A stretch of 63,925 nucleotides of DNA, the filler included. It is 8 parts of 8 records of this genome, joined end to end, with 100 filler letters (N's around TTAATTAATTAA, not from the genome) between each part and the next. Parts side by side here need not be neighbours in the genome. Positions count along the whole stretch, not along the records: positions 1 to 10,128 come from SRR2962707_2829; positions 10,229 to 17,249 come from SRR2962707_2830; 6 more parts are not named here. One strand, written 5' to 3'. The translations under genes were made by a program, and so were the position numbers. This document shows, piece after piece, positions 1 through 11,810 of the stretch; the stretch's first letter is position 1, and every line of letters begins with the position of its first letter. The notes under the pieces are model-generated. The model saw only the letters and a list, made by a program, of their open reading frames with translations. It did no database searches and had not been told where the DNA came from.

Positions 1-24
1 GTGAGTGAGTGAGTGAGTGAGTGA
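1..24. repeat. (GTGA)n microsatellite at the start of the window
   Basis: Six tandem GTGA units read directly. Confidence 0.95.
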
Positions 25-353
25 GCGTTCACCAAGTCACCCCACCCAGACCCACCCTCAAAAAAAATTCACGCTTGCTTCCGTCTGCCGTCTTGTCTTC
101 TCTCTCCCTTTTTGGTTGCTGCCTGTTCCCTCTCGGTCGGCCTGACGCCCTCCCTGTGCTCTCGTTCCCTCTGCCCTCTGCCTGCGCCACTGCGCGCCGA
201 AAACAACCGAACTGAGAACTCATCGAGTAGGAGTTTTTTTTTTGAAGGTGTAAAAACAACAACGCTCGAAAGCAGCGCGGTGTTTCGATTGTTTGGATGA
301 GCGTTTGAGTGTTTGAAGCGCGTGTGTCTGTTTGCGTATTCCACAGCGTCACC

Positions 354-3300
354 ATGGTCAAGTCCAAAAAGCTCGGGCCTAAACCCGTGTCGTCAACTCA
401 GGGAGTCGAGCTGGAGGACGAGGAGGGAGCGCTCCGGATCTGCAAGCTCAACATTGACGGTATGACTTGCAGTAGTTGTGTTTCGAAGATCGAACACCGA
501 CTCAAGAAAAAGCCGGGTGTCGTGGACGTGTCCGTGTCACTTGTGCTAATGAGCGCTGACGTAAAGTACGACCCGCTGACTTTCGGTGGTGGAGGTGCTT
601 CGAAGTCAACGACTTCATCCCGCAACGATGACGCGGAAGCGACGGATTCGGCAGTCTGCGAACCTTCTTCGCAGCTTGCGAGCTGGGTTGATGAGCTTGG
701 ATTCCAAGCCTCTGTTGTCGACGACTGCGAAGACAGCGCGGAGGCTGATGCTGAGCGAGCCCTACTTGCTGAAACTAGGATCCAAGTGCGCAGGATTGAA
801 GCCGTGCACCGAGGGCTTCCCACTGAGCTTCCAGCAGCCGTCGCTGCCCTGTTGGCCGAGCGAACGGGCGTTGTCTCGGCGGTCCACACCCCTGCAAAGC
901 CTACAAGCGACAATGGGTCCGGCACGGCTACGTCTGCAGTGGCAACTTTTGTGGTAAAGTTCGACCCACACCAAACCGGCAATCGACATTTTTTGGCTGC
1001 CGTGCGGCAATGCGACGCGGTCACGAGCCTCGGAGTTGGGGCGTGCGAGGTGTCTGTGCGCGCAATGAAACAAGACGCTCTGGACGAACGAAAAGAGCGC
1101 CAACTTTTGGAAATCAATGCGTACAGACGATCGTTTTTGATTGGAATCCCCTTTACCGTGACCGTGATGATACTGACACTCATTGTATTCCGTTACGTCC
1201 CGTGGTTCTCCGAGCCCGTCGCGAGTCATTTACCGGTCGCCAAAAAGGTACACCTCCATGTCAATTCGTCCTCCTTTCACAGACCGTTGGGTCGGATTGT
1301 GTCGTTTGTGCCGCTGTGCTCCGCTCACAAAGCTATCACTCTTTTTGCTTAGGTTATTTTCATTTGGCTTCTCGCGTCGCCTGTCCAGTTTTACTGTGGA
1401 CTTTGCTTCTTCCAAGTAGCAGTCAAAGAGCTGCGTTTCTGTTCACTGGGCATGTCGACACTCGTTGTGACTGGTTCTCTCATTTCGTACGCGGTATCTT
1501 TTGTAGCGATGATCATGGTGGCAGCGGGTGCTTTGGACCCTGCCACTCAATTGACTGATTTTTTCGAGACATCGGCGTCGCTGGTGACTTTCATTTTGCT
1601 CGGCAAGTGGCTGGAAGCACGCGCGAAAGCCTACACTGGCAACGCATTGGAGAAGCTCATGGCTCTGCAAGCCAAGACCGCTCTCCTTCTCGTAAATCCA
1701 GATGCCGCACAGGAAGAGTCAGACAAGCCACAGGCCACTACGGATTCGACCATATCTACTGCAGATGTTGGCCGTGAAGTCCAGAGCAAAGCAGAAGAAT
1801 GGCAGGAAGTGGACTGCAATCTGCTGCATATTGGCGACACAGTCAAAGTGCTCCCTGGTAGTGTTGTACCTGCAGATGGCGAAGTTACTCGCGGTGCATC
1901 TTCCATTGACGAGTCTATGCTGACAGGCGAAAGTGTGCCAGTCCGCAAAACACCTGGTGATGCAGTGTTTGGAGCCACTGTCAACTTGGACGGGGCTTTG
2001 TATGTTCGGGTCACAAGCGGTGGGGACCAGTCCATGCTCAGCCAAATCGTATCGCTGGTCGAAAATGCCCAAGCTGCTAAAGCCCCCATTCAGGTGCGAA
2101 CAGCGACTTGGCTGGTCTTTTTGCAGTGTACTTAGATTTGCCGCGTCGTTTTGGCTTTTCCGAGTGCTTGAGATGTCCTTCACCAGCGTGGACTACGTTC
2201 CACTGCGTGTATGTGCGCTCTGAACTTCTTTGTTGACAGGCCCTGAGCGACCAAATCTCATCTGTATTCGTCCCAGTGATTCTTGGAATTGCGGTGGGTG
2301 CTTTTGTCATTTGGTCAAGCGTATTTGCAACCGTTCTGCATGGATCAGCACACTTCAACGAGGATGGATCGTGCAATGCATCGATTTTCAATGACTCCTT
2401 CACATCGGTCGACAACGTGTCGTCAGGCGGGACCGCTGAGTGCTGGCTTCCCTACGGGGTGTCAGAGTTTGGTCTAAGTGCGACATTTGGCATCGCTGCC
2501 CTTGTTGTCGCGTGCCCGTGCGCACTGGGTCTCGCAGTGCCGACCACTGTAATGGTCGCAACTGGCTTGGCAGCGCGCTTGGGCATTTTAATCAAAGGCG
2601 GTGACGTGGTGCAAGGATCGACAAACGTTTCGGTAGAGTTTTTTTGTTTTTTGCGTTTTCTTTTGTCTGCTGCGTGTTGACTGTCACGTACATCGATTTT
2701 CCCTGTTCATTGTATTGTTTACGTGTGTTGTCGGCACAGGCGGTAATGTTTGACAAAACCGGCACATTAACCATGGGCAAGCCCGGAGTTGCGTCTGCAC
2801 GACACATTGACGTTGTTGGTCTGCGCCAGGCTGCCATACGCGAGAAACGCAGCACTGAGCACAACGTCCTGAGCTCGACAACAACTCCTGCAGCCGAAAC
2901 GAGTGATGTTGTTGAGGTATTGCTCGACATTGAAGGCATGCGCTGCATGAAAAATTGCGGGACTCCGGTACAAAATGTTCTTCGAGAAGCTGATCTCTCG
3001 GCCCTTGGTGCGTTTCAACAGAAGTTCCTTGCGGTTGCGACTGCTTCCCAACATGTCCTTTCGTCTCATAGCTCAAGTGTTTTGTGCTTGCCTGTCGTCT
3101 TTTTTCTTTCAAGGGATGGAGGTCAAAGATGCTCATGTTGATTTCCCAGCCCGACAAGGCCGCGTTACTGTCCGTATAAAGTCCGGGGAAGTCTCTGCAC
3201 ATGAGCGGGCTGCTGCAACTGCTGAAGCCGCTGCGCTCCTTTGTGATGAGGTTGAAGATATCGGGTTTGGTGCTACTGTTGCCACGCCTCCCAAGCCACA

Positions 3301-5783
3301 GCCTGTACCAACGTCAGATTTACATTCGACACACAGTGCCACAATTGTTCTTGACGTTCGTGGCATGGCGTGTATGAAAAATTGTGGCGTGCCTGTCCAA
3401 AATGTGTTGCGTGAGGCCAATTTGGAAACGCTCGGTGAGTCATTCGATGTACTCTCGCGTTTTGATGAAAAGCTTGTTCATATGTGTTCGCCATTGACCC
3501 GCCGATCTGTCTTCGTTCCGATGCACACAGGTGTCACCATTAACGAGGCGAATGTAGACTTTCCTGCGCGTCAGGCTATCATTTCGGTCACCTCACGTAC
3601 AGATGACGTGCTTTCCCCTGCGGTAATACACAAGGCAGCTGGCGCTTTGATTGAAGAGATTGAAGACATCGGGTTTGAAGCATCACTGGCATCGGCCCCG
3701 AATGAGGATTCTTGCCAAACAGGGTCAATTGACAACGAGGGTGCAGAAGTTGAGCAGCGTAACGTGTGGCTAATGGCTTGTGCAGAGCTTGGCAGCGAAC
3801 ATCCCATTGCCCGAAGCCTGGTTGAGTATGCGAGAGCAACCCTTCCAAACGAATCAAAGTGGGCACTTCGTGATCCCGATGAAATGAAGGTATGCACTTC
3901 TTTTTTGAAAAGCTGAGCCCTGGATGTTAGTGCTTTTGTTGTTCAGTTTTTCACACACACACACACACAGCGGCATGCGTGCATTCTTACCACGAATTTC
4001 ACAATTTCCTGACCGTTGAACACACTGATGTCCTCCGTCGCTTGAACACGAAGGTATTGCCTGGCAAGGGCGTTCAAGCTCTTGTTGGTCGATCCATGTT
4101 GCACGTTGGCAATCGCCACGTCATCCCGGAATGCCCCCCACATTCCTCTTCGAACCCGCTGGATGGAGATGCTCGTGTGAGAAACGCATTTGTTTTCCTG
4201 TCACGATTCTGCCAACGTCATGTCAGGGCTTCATGTCTTCACCGTCTGTCTCCTTTCCCTTCCTGCAGGCCAATGAAAAAGCGCGCGAGGTGATGCATGA
4301 ACTTGAATCCAAAGGACAAACAGCCATTGCACTGGTTGTAGATCGAGTTGCCAGAGCTGTCTTCGGATTGGCTGATGAGGTCAGTGTGATTTTACCCCCA
4401 TCCATTCTGGCGCAGGCTCTTCCTTCTGTGGCCCCAAGGGACAAGTTGTGTTGTTGCTGTGCCGATTCGAAGGTTCGGCCAGAGTCTGCGGCGACGATCA
4501 AGGCGTTGCACCGTGCGCGTTTCCAAGTATTTATGCTCACCGGGGATAATCGAACGACGGCACGTATGATCGCCGAACAACTCAACATTCCAGCCCCCCG
4601 TGTGCTTGCAGAAGTGCTTCCACAGCACAAGGCGGAGAAGGTCGAACAACTACAGGTTGGTGCATTGAATGTTCTTGCTCGGCGCGTTGCGCTCTCACGA
4701 ATCCCTGCTGCAACGAGCGTGCTTTTGCATCATTTTTTTTCTTTGCTGTGGTTGTGGTTTGGTTCCGTCCGTGGCTAACCTTGGGCACAGAAAATGGGCA
4801 TGCGTGTTGCAATGATCGGGGATGGTATTAATGACGCCCCTGCTCTGGCGCAAGCTGATGTTGGAGTAGCAGTTGCTTCGGGAACCGAAATTGCTGCGGA
4901 AACCGCAAGTTTGACACACACAGCGTTGTCAAGATTTATGAGTGCATTTCTCGCCATAGGTCTATCACACGTGAATGTATTCGCTTTGTTATTGTCTGCA
5001 GGCAAATATTGTCCTCCTCAACAGCAACCCGGAAGACGTCGTTGTCGCTCTGGATATCTGCCGACATGCGTATGGTGAGCCGGGCCCTTCTTGCCCTGTT
5101 TTTCATTTACCGTCTGCAGGCTGATTGCCGTGCACTTACATGTGGCTCTTTTGATTTCAAAGGCCGTATCCAGCTGAATTTGTTCATGTCCCTCGTGTAC
5201 AACTCCCTCGGCGTTCCCTTGGGGGCTGGCCTCTTCTATGCTGCAACCCGGCCAACGACACTTCCCCCAGCGATCGCAGCCATCGCAAGTTTGCATTTTG
5301 CTCAGTGTCGTTGCAACTTTCCCAGGGCTCGCTGTGTGCTTGAATCCTGACTTCATGATGTTTTCAATTTAGGCCATGGCGCTGTCTTCAGTCTCGGTTG
5401 TTCTGTCGTCGCTTGCGTTGAACCTTTACGTTCGAAAGGATGCGCAGCACCTCGCCATGCCACGAGTAAATCGGAACACTTGCAAGCAGAATCTTAACAA
5501 ATTTTGGTACCAGACCTGTTGTCACCGAATCAATGTGTCAAGCCGTACGAAGATCGCCCAGGCGTCAGGGTCACGCGATCGCAAGAAGCGCTACGCTGAC
5601 ACGAACGCCAGCAGCGACGTGGAGTCTTCGAACAAGCAACCAGTTACGAATCCAGTCGAGTACTGCCGCATGGATGTTGAAGGCGATCCTGACATGTGCG
5701 ACTGCCCGGCCGACCGCTGTACCTGCCGGTGCGTTGTATATGATGTGTTGTTGACAGAACCGAGGCAAAGTGGGAGGCATTGA
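354..5783 (+). CDS. Eukaryotic P1B-1 (Cu+) transporting P-type ATPase, ATP7/CopA-like, with 12 inferred introns
   Basis: Motifs: HMA GMTCSSC (459-479), TGES, CPC ([14 protein letters not shown]), [28 protein letters not shown] and MALSS. Frame-restoring introns: 1248-1352, 2094-2239, 2633-2739, 3008-3113, 3435-3530, 3890-4053, 4177-4268, 4380-4472, 4656-4790, 4905-5001 (GC-AG), 5075-5162, 5285-5372 (GC-AG). The exact 3' end is less certain. Confidence 0.93.
3951..3969. repeat. (CA)n microsatellite within ATPase intron 6
   Basis: CA run inside the inferred intron 3890-4053. Confidence 0.85.
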
Positions 5784-6152
5784 GTGAGACGATTGATGGT
5801 TTACTTGATTTTTGGCAAGTTGCTGATCGCTGACGACCCCTGTGTTTTGGTTTGTTCGTTCGATTGATGTTGTTGTGCTTCCCTTAAATTTTGCGGGCTA
5901 TCGGATTCGTGTAAATGCGGATCATTGCAGTGGCTGCGAAGTCCACGACGTAGTTTCAAACCGACTTGCGCGCGAGAAGCAACTTTAGCCACGTTCGCAA
6001 CTCAAAAAATGCTTTTTTCATGACTCTACTACCGGTACTTGGATGACCATACCGAAAATTCATTGACAGCACTCTGTTTTTTTGCTCTAACGGTTTACGA
6101 AAAAAGATTCGATCCGTGTGAAATTCCATCCTTTGAGGTGGCAGCAGAATGT

Positions 6153-9100
6153 CTATTTTGCCGCATTCGGGAGTGAGACATCCATCACATATCTCATCCG
6201 CACCTGGGACGCATCAAACACTTCCACCCATCCATTAAGTGCTAGGCCATCACGAAGGCTTGTGTTGCCAAATTCATGTTCCTCGCAACGCAGCACCTGC
6301 TGGAGGCTGCTCTCAAACTCGTCGGTTGGCATAGCAGTGGCCACGCCACCTCCCTCGAAAGACACAATGTCGGAACCGAGTCCTGGCAAAGCGACGGGAA
6401 CTGGTCGAACAGGCTCCTACCATACATGCACAGCAAAATAAACACACATATCAAGGGCGCGGCAAAGCAACGATATTTATGGATTGCATTTGGGACTGGA
6501 TTCACATGCACTTCCAATACGCACCACGGCGTTCTCAAGCACATCAATTGCAGCTTGCAAGGAGGGCTCTTGATCGCTAGCTGCTTTCCCAATCAACGGC
6601 CCAACCGTTTGTGAATGAAACCATGGTTCCAAACGGGCGAAAGGGCGCTTGCGACGATCCGCAAGCGAAGTTTCTTTGGTTTTTCCCACCACAACTTCGC
6701 ACAAAAACACAAGAAGTCGGTGCGTTGATCTTGCTGCACCATTTCCGCTGACATTTGCAATGGCAGAGGCCTCTGCCGCTGCAAGCGCTCCTGCAGCGGT
6801 ATGAAAGAAGCGGAGGCCGATTCCAGCCGACACTAGCGGTGGTGGGCAAATCCCATTTGCCAGCCAGACCAGTCCTTGTGCCTCGAGCTGAGAAGTTGCG
6901 ATCCACAGCAATTGGCGTGGGTGTTTTACACCTGCAAAGCCATCAAACAATCAGCAAAATGTTGTTGTTCGATGCAACAAATGCACACGCTCGCGCACAG
7001 ACAGTCACCCCCACGGTTCAAACCACATCCATCCATGTGAGAACGTGCCGAGCGCGGTGGAGGTCAAGTGATCAAATGCAGCAATGGCCCTGGCTTCTTC
7101 TGACCGCCGCACGTCAAACACCCCGTTCAGCTTTACGTCAGGAGCCAATCGCATCGTCTGAGCAGAAGATGAGCTTGGCAAGAGCGAGACGGATGCTCCG
7201 AGCAGTTGCTTCAATTTGCGGTACACTTGTGCAGCCTCTTGTCGTTGCTTGTCTGCGGCCCGGCGCTTGCGACGTTTCGCAACTTTTTGTCTGTGCTTTT
7301 GCGACAGCTGCTTCTTCGAGCTTGAACCTGGGCTTTCGTTTTTTGCTTTGTTTTTGGCACGCGAGAGCATGTCCAAAAACAATTCTGCTCCTTCAACATC
7401 ATCAAGCTGCCGGTCATCGCACGCTTTGCCTGTATCGGAACAGTGGAAAACTGCTGCATCACCCCCTGCTTGCAGAGCTTTGTGTTGCTCCGGGTTGACA
7501 ACGCGCCACTTGTCACACTCGTCGCAGGCAGCCCAAAGAGTTTCGTTTTCTTCTTCATCTCCATCGTCGACGAGGGTCTCATCGTTGTCAGCGTTGTCAG
7601 AGCTTTCATCTGATGATTGATCGTCCTCGCTGTCCATGTCATTCAGTGTCCGCGACATGACATCACGCACTTCAAGGACATGTTCCAGGGCAGCAAAACA
7701 GTCCTCGGGCGTAGGCATTCCAACGCCAGTGGCATCGACCCGCTTGAATCGACGTTGGACACGTAGAGCTTGCAGGGTCTCGCTTGCAAGCAACAAACGC
7801 CCAGCAATACACTGCAGGCCATCAGCACTGTGGAAACGAGCATCTTCGGGACCGCTGGCAGTCAAATCACCAAGAAGTGACAAAAACGACGCTGGAGACG
7901 ATAAATCCCCATCCTCGTCCTGCTGGGGGCCCAGATTGATAAGTTGACGAAGAGAATCATAGAGTCGCGAGCTTGCAGTTGAAGTCACTTCACCCGTTGA
8001 GTCTGCTTCTTGAGTTGCCCGACCCAGCACCTCCGCGGCCTTTAGCACCTGTGCCATTTGTGCAACCCACAACACTTTGCTTGTAAAAAAAAATCATGTT
8101 GTTGTTTCGGCTGCCAGCACAATCCGAGTCGCAAGCAAGGCACTTTGAGTACTTGAAATCGCACCTGTGCTCCCAACGCTCGAATATCGAGATCAGAACT
8201 TAACGATTCAGCCCCTTCAACACAGTCGAAAATCCCGGTAGGAAAGCCAAGCTTTTTGGCCGTCGTGAGTGGTGCAGTATTGGCTACAAGCCGCGCGAGC
8301 AGCTCCCCAAACATCGACTTTGCCGCAGATGACGAAGCTGCTGCAGATGTCACTTTCTTCGCATCCTACAGTGCAATACAAGTCCCCACGACCAACCATA
8401 CGTTGTTTCGCAAAACACGCACGAAAGAGCCCAAGCAGCGCACAAACCAAATATTTACGCGACGGACCAGTTCGTTGCTCGCTGTCATGCATTCGTCACG
8501 TGATACCGGCAGGATCGTGTAGCGCTGCGGCTTTGACTGCACGAATGTGAGTATGGCACGCAGACAAACACACGCACATACACACACAGTCAAATACAGT
8601 TTGAGTTTCAACGACGCCAACGGCGCATCTTTCGAAGGTTTCCAACAATGCCACCTACCCTTCCAGACTTTGCGCCGAATACATAGCCAGTCTTGTCGTA
8701 GAAAGTGTCCACGAAGTATTGTTTCGCTGCAGCGATATCGAAAAAGGGAAAGAGCTTTGGCATATTCCAGAGCATACGGGCACACGGCATCATACACAAA
8801 CCAAAATGAAGTGAGCATGAATACAGACGATCAGTAGCGTCGCTTAATTGCACACTGCACAATGAAAGCAAGCAACAGCAGAGCGCCAGATGCATGCTGG
8901 GGAGTCGAAACAATACCTGCGTGCTCGATTTCCGTGAGGTAGCATTTTGCCCATTGGGAGGTTTCTTGGCCCCTTGCTCGGGGTCATTTTCAGACAGCGA
9001 TTTGTCTTCGATCTGCTTCTGTGCTGACTCGGAAGATTCGACGTTTGTGGATTCGGGGGCTGAAGCATCATCCTTGGGGGTCAAAGTCACCTCGCACGAG

Positions 9101-10128
9101 AAAACCCACCACCTGCAACGAGTGTTGAACCAAAACAATACAAACACCCTGTCAGAACATAATGCGAGCGCTACAAAGTTGCATGGCGTTTTCAATTGCA
9201 GCGCGAAATAGGCGCACATCTTGTCTCGAAGTTCCACTTCATACTGCAACGAGTGCGATACATCGTCTGCCTCCAGCAGCTGCAGTCCCAGCATCCGTGT
9301 CGCGCCATCACGCCACTCCATGCCCAGCAGTGCGTCAAACACTCCGCTCTCATCCTCCACCACATGAGTCGTGCCGTATTTGCCAGACCGGGGGTCCACT
9401 GCCTCTCGCAGCTCGGCTGAAATGCTAAGCGGAGGGTCACCCGCGCGCTCCGGCTGAACTTGGAGGGTGCCGAGAAAGTGCCTCTCGGCTCCAGTGTAGT
9501 ACCCGGACGTGTCGAAAGTCGCCACGTCGATCCTCGTGCTCGCGGCCTTGGCCTTCCGCGACTTTGTTTTGCTTTTGCGCGCACTCGCGCCAGCCTTGCC
9601 ACCAGAGCCTGCTGCTGCTGCTCGCCGCTGTCTAGTCTGAGCGCCGCCTCTCTTTCGCTTGGAAGGCGTCTTTTTGCTTCCAGCTTTGCTCGTCGGCTTC
9701 TTGTTCCTGGTTTTTCTGGTCTCTGGCTCAGGTGTCCAGTCATCGTCCTTGTCCTCTTCCGGCGCAGACGACGACTCTTCGGGCTCGCTGCCCCCCCAGT
9801 CTGGCTCGTCTTCTGCGTGTGCTGCTTCGTTTTCGCGTTCTTCTTGCTTTTCCTCGTCCGGCTCCTCCAGCAGAATTTGCTGCAGCCCCTTTTTGAACCA
9901 CTTGCGGTCCTGCTTGCCCTCGAAGGCCTCGGCTGGCAGACCCAAAGCAGTCGCCACTTTGGAGCGCATCTCGCTCAGCGTGAGATCCTCCAGCACAGAG
10001 CTGCCGACCAGCCCGCGGATGGCATGGAGCAGTTTCTCGTCCGAAGGCCACTCGGGCGGCTTGATTTCTGCCATCTCTTCTTCCCGAGCCACCTCCTCCT
10101 CGTCGTCCTCCTCCTCCTCCACTCCAAC
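6153..10128 (-). CDS. Multi-exon PARP1/2-like protein, 5'-truncated: DEK-C-like, WGR-like, PARP-regulatory-like, CW-type Zn finger and degenerate PARP catalytic domain
   Basis: Segments: WPSDEKLLHAIRGLV..LEDLTLSEMR (DEK-C-like); FYDKTG..SKPQRYTIL (WGR C-terminus-like); WAACDECDKWR..FHC..C (zf-CW); VFDVRRSEE, RQLLW, LCEVVVGK and VFDASQVRMRY (PARP catalytic pattern). About 7 introns inferred, e.g. 9113-9244, 8755-8916 and 6932-7048. Confidence 0.65.
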
Positions 10129-10228
10129 NNNNNNNNNNNNNNNNNNNNNNNNNNNNNNNNNNNNNNNNNNNNTTAATTAATTAANNNNNNNNNNNNNNNN
10201 NNNNNNNNNNNNNNNNNNNNNNNNNNNN
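10129..10228. other. Artificial contig spacer
   Basis: 44 N + TTAATTAATTAA (stops in all six frames) + 44 N. Confidence 0.99.
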
Positions 10229-11035
10229 CTCGCTATCTCCGGCCAGCCCGGCAATGCCCCGTGACATCATGGCGTAGGGCGTACGGCGCTGACCGAAGTC
10301 CCGCGCCGCTTCCATTACCCCCGGCAGCTCGGTGGTCAGCATGGGCTGCACGGTGTCCACGGTGCAGTCACGGGGCCCGACCCCGGTGCCGCCGACGGTA
10401 ACGATCAGCGCGGTGCCCTCGGTCAGTTGCGCCTGCACCGCCTCGCGCAGTTGATCCGGCTCGTCCGGCAACACCTGATAGTGCACCGGTTCAAAACCGG
10501 CGGCGGCCAGACCGTCCTCCACCGAGCGCCCGGCGGTGTCCGGTTTACGGCCAGCGGCCACGGTGTCCGACAGCACGATCACCGCCGCGCTCATCGGCGC
10601 ACGCAGATAGCGGCGGAACTGGGACTTGCCGCCGGTTTTTTCCAGCAGGCGGCCATCGGTGATTTCCAACTGATCCGGACGGCAGTGTGGCTTGAGCATG
10701 TCGTATAAGGTGAGTGCCGCCATCTGCGCGGCGGTGAGCGCTTCCATTTCCACCCCGGTAGGGCCGATGGTCTGCACTTCGGCCAGGATCGTTACTTGCT
10801 CCTCGCCCAGCTCGAACTCCAGTTCGGCGCGATGGATCGGCAGCGGGTGGCACAGCGGCAGCAGTTCGTCGGTGCGCTTGGCGGCGAGAATGCCGGCGAT
10901 GCGCGCGGTCTTCAAGGCATCGCCTTTGTCGGTGTCGCCACGGCGCAGGCGCTCGATGCAGTCCTGCGGAGCCCGCAGACAGCACTGCGCGCGGGCGCTG
11001 CGGAACGAGTCCGGTTTGTTACTGACGTCTTTCAA
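10229..11035 (-). CDS. moaCB: Bifunctional MoaC-MoaB/MogA fusion (3'-truncated)
   Basis: MoaC motifs LLPLCHP and TGVEMEAL followed by MoaB/MogA motifs VIVLSD..D and GGTGVGPRDCT. The TTG start overlaps the moaE stop. Confidence 0.92.
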
Positions 11036-11559
11036 GAATGATCTCCATCACAATGGGGAACCCGGTGATGGTCCGGGTGAGAGTCGGTATGAGCGTGATG
11101 CGGATCGCCCGACCGTGAGTCCGGGCGGATGCAGCAGCCCTGCACATAGGCGCTGCTGCCGTCGGTATAGAATTCTTCCTTCCAGATCGGCGCCTGATGC
11201 TTCACTTCATCCACCAGGTAACGGCACGCCTCGAACGCCTCCGCCCGGTGCGCGGCACGGGCCACGCACACGATCGCCACGTCACCGATGCGCAGCGCGC
11301 CCAGGCGATGCACCACGCGGCAATAGCTCAGGCCGAAGCGCTCACGGGCCTGTTGTTCGATCTCGGCGATGCGCTTTTCCGCCAACGGCGCGTAGGCGGT
11401 ATAGCGCAAGCTCTCCACCGGCAAGCCCTGGTGATGGTCACGCACGGTGCCGGCGAACAGGGCCAGGCCACCGCACTCCGGATAGCGATCCAGCGCCAGC
11501 AGTTCGTCGATGGCGATCGGATATTCGGTCAAATGCATCCTGTTACTCGAATCCGTCAT
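11032..11559 (-). CDS. moaE: Molybdopterin synthase catalytic subunit
   Basis: FAGTVRD, HRLGAL.IG, HRAEAFEAC and K..APIWKEE motifs; His-rich tail. Confidence 0.93.
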   Translation of the reverse strand: MTDSSNRMHLTEYPIAIDELLALDRYPECGGLALFAGTVRDHHQGLPVESLRYTAYAPLAEKRIAEIEQQARERFGLSYCRVVHRLGALRIGDVAIVCVARAAHRAEAFEACRYLVDEVKHQAPIWKEEFYTDGSSAYVQGCCIRPDSRSGDPHHAHTDSHPDHHRVPHCDGDHS

Positions 11560-11561
11560 GA

Positions 11562-11810
11562 TCACCCCCCCGCCACTGGTGGCAGCAGCACCAGATGACC
11601 GTTTTCCGGCAACGGGTCCGAGCGCAATAAAATGTCGGTGTCGCGCACCGCGGCGCACTGATCCAGGCGCGGTTGCAGGGCCGGACACTGATCGGCCAGC
11701 ACGCTCAGTGCCTCGGCCACCGTGGCCGGCGCCATTTCGGTGACGAGGGTGATACGCTCGCCACCCGCCAGCGGAATCAGTTCACCGTAAAGTTCAAAGG
11801 ACAGATTCAT
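11562..11810 (-). CDS. moaD: Molybdopterin synthase sulfur carrier
   Basis: About 82 aa ending LLPPVAGG (C-terminal Gly-Gly), located between moaA and moaE. Confidence 0.9.
   Translation of the reverse strand: MNLSFELYGELIPLAGGERITLVTEMAPATVAEALSVLADQCPALQPRLDQCAAVRDTDILLRSDPLPENGHLVLLPPVAGG

Noticed and set aside
354-5783. ATPase as a frameshifted pseudogene or a case of alternative genetic code
   Set aside because: Every frame break is explained by a GT/GC-AG intron of about 88-164 nt, and all catalytic motifs are intact.
10173-10184. TTAATTAATTAA recurring seven times, as a possible repeat element, att site or CRISPR repeat
   Set aside because: Always centred in N runs of fixed length; it is an artificial six-frame stop linker.
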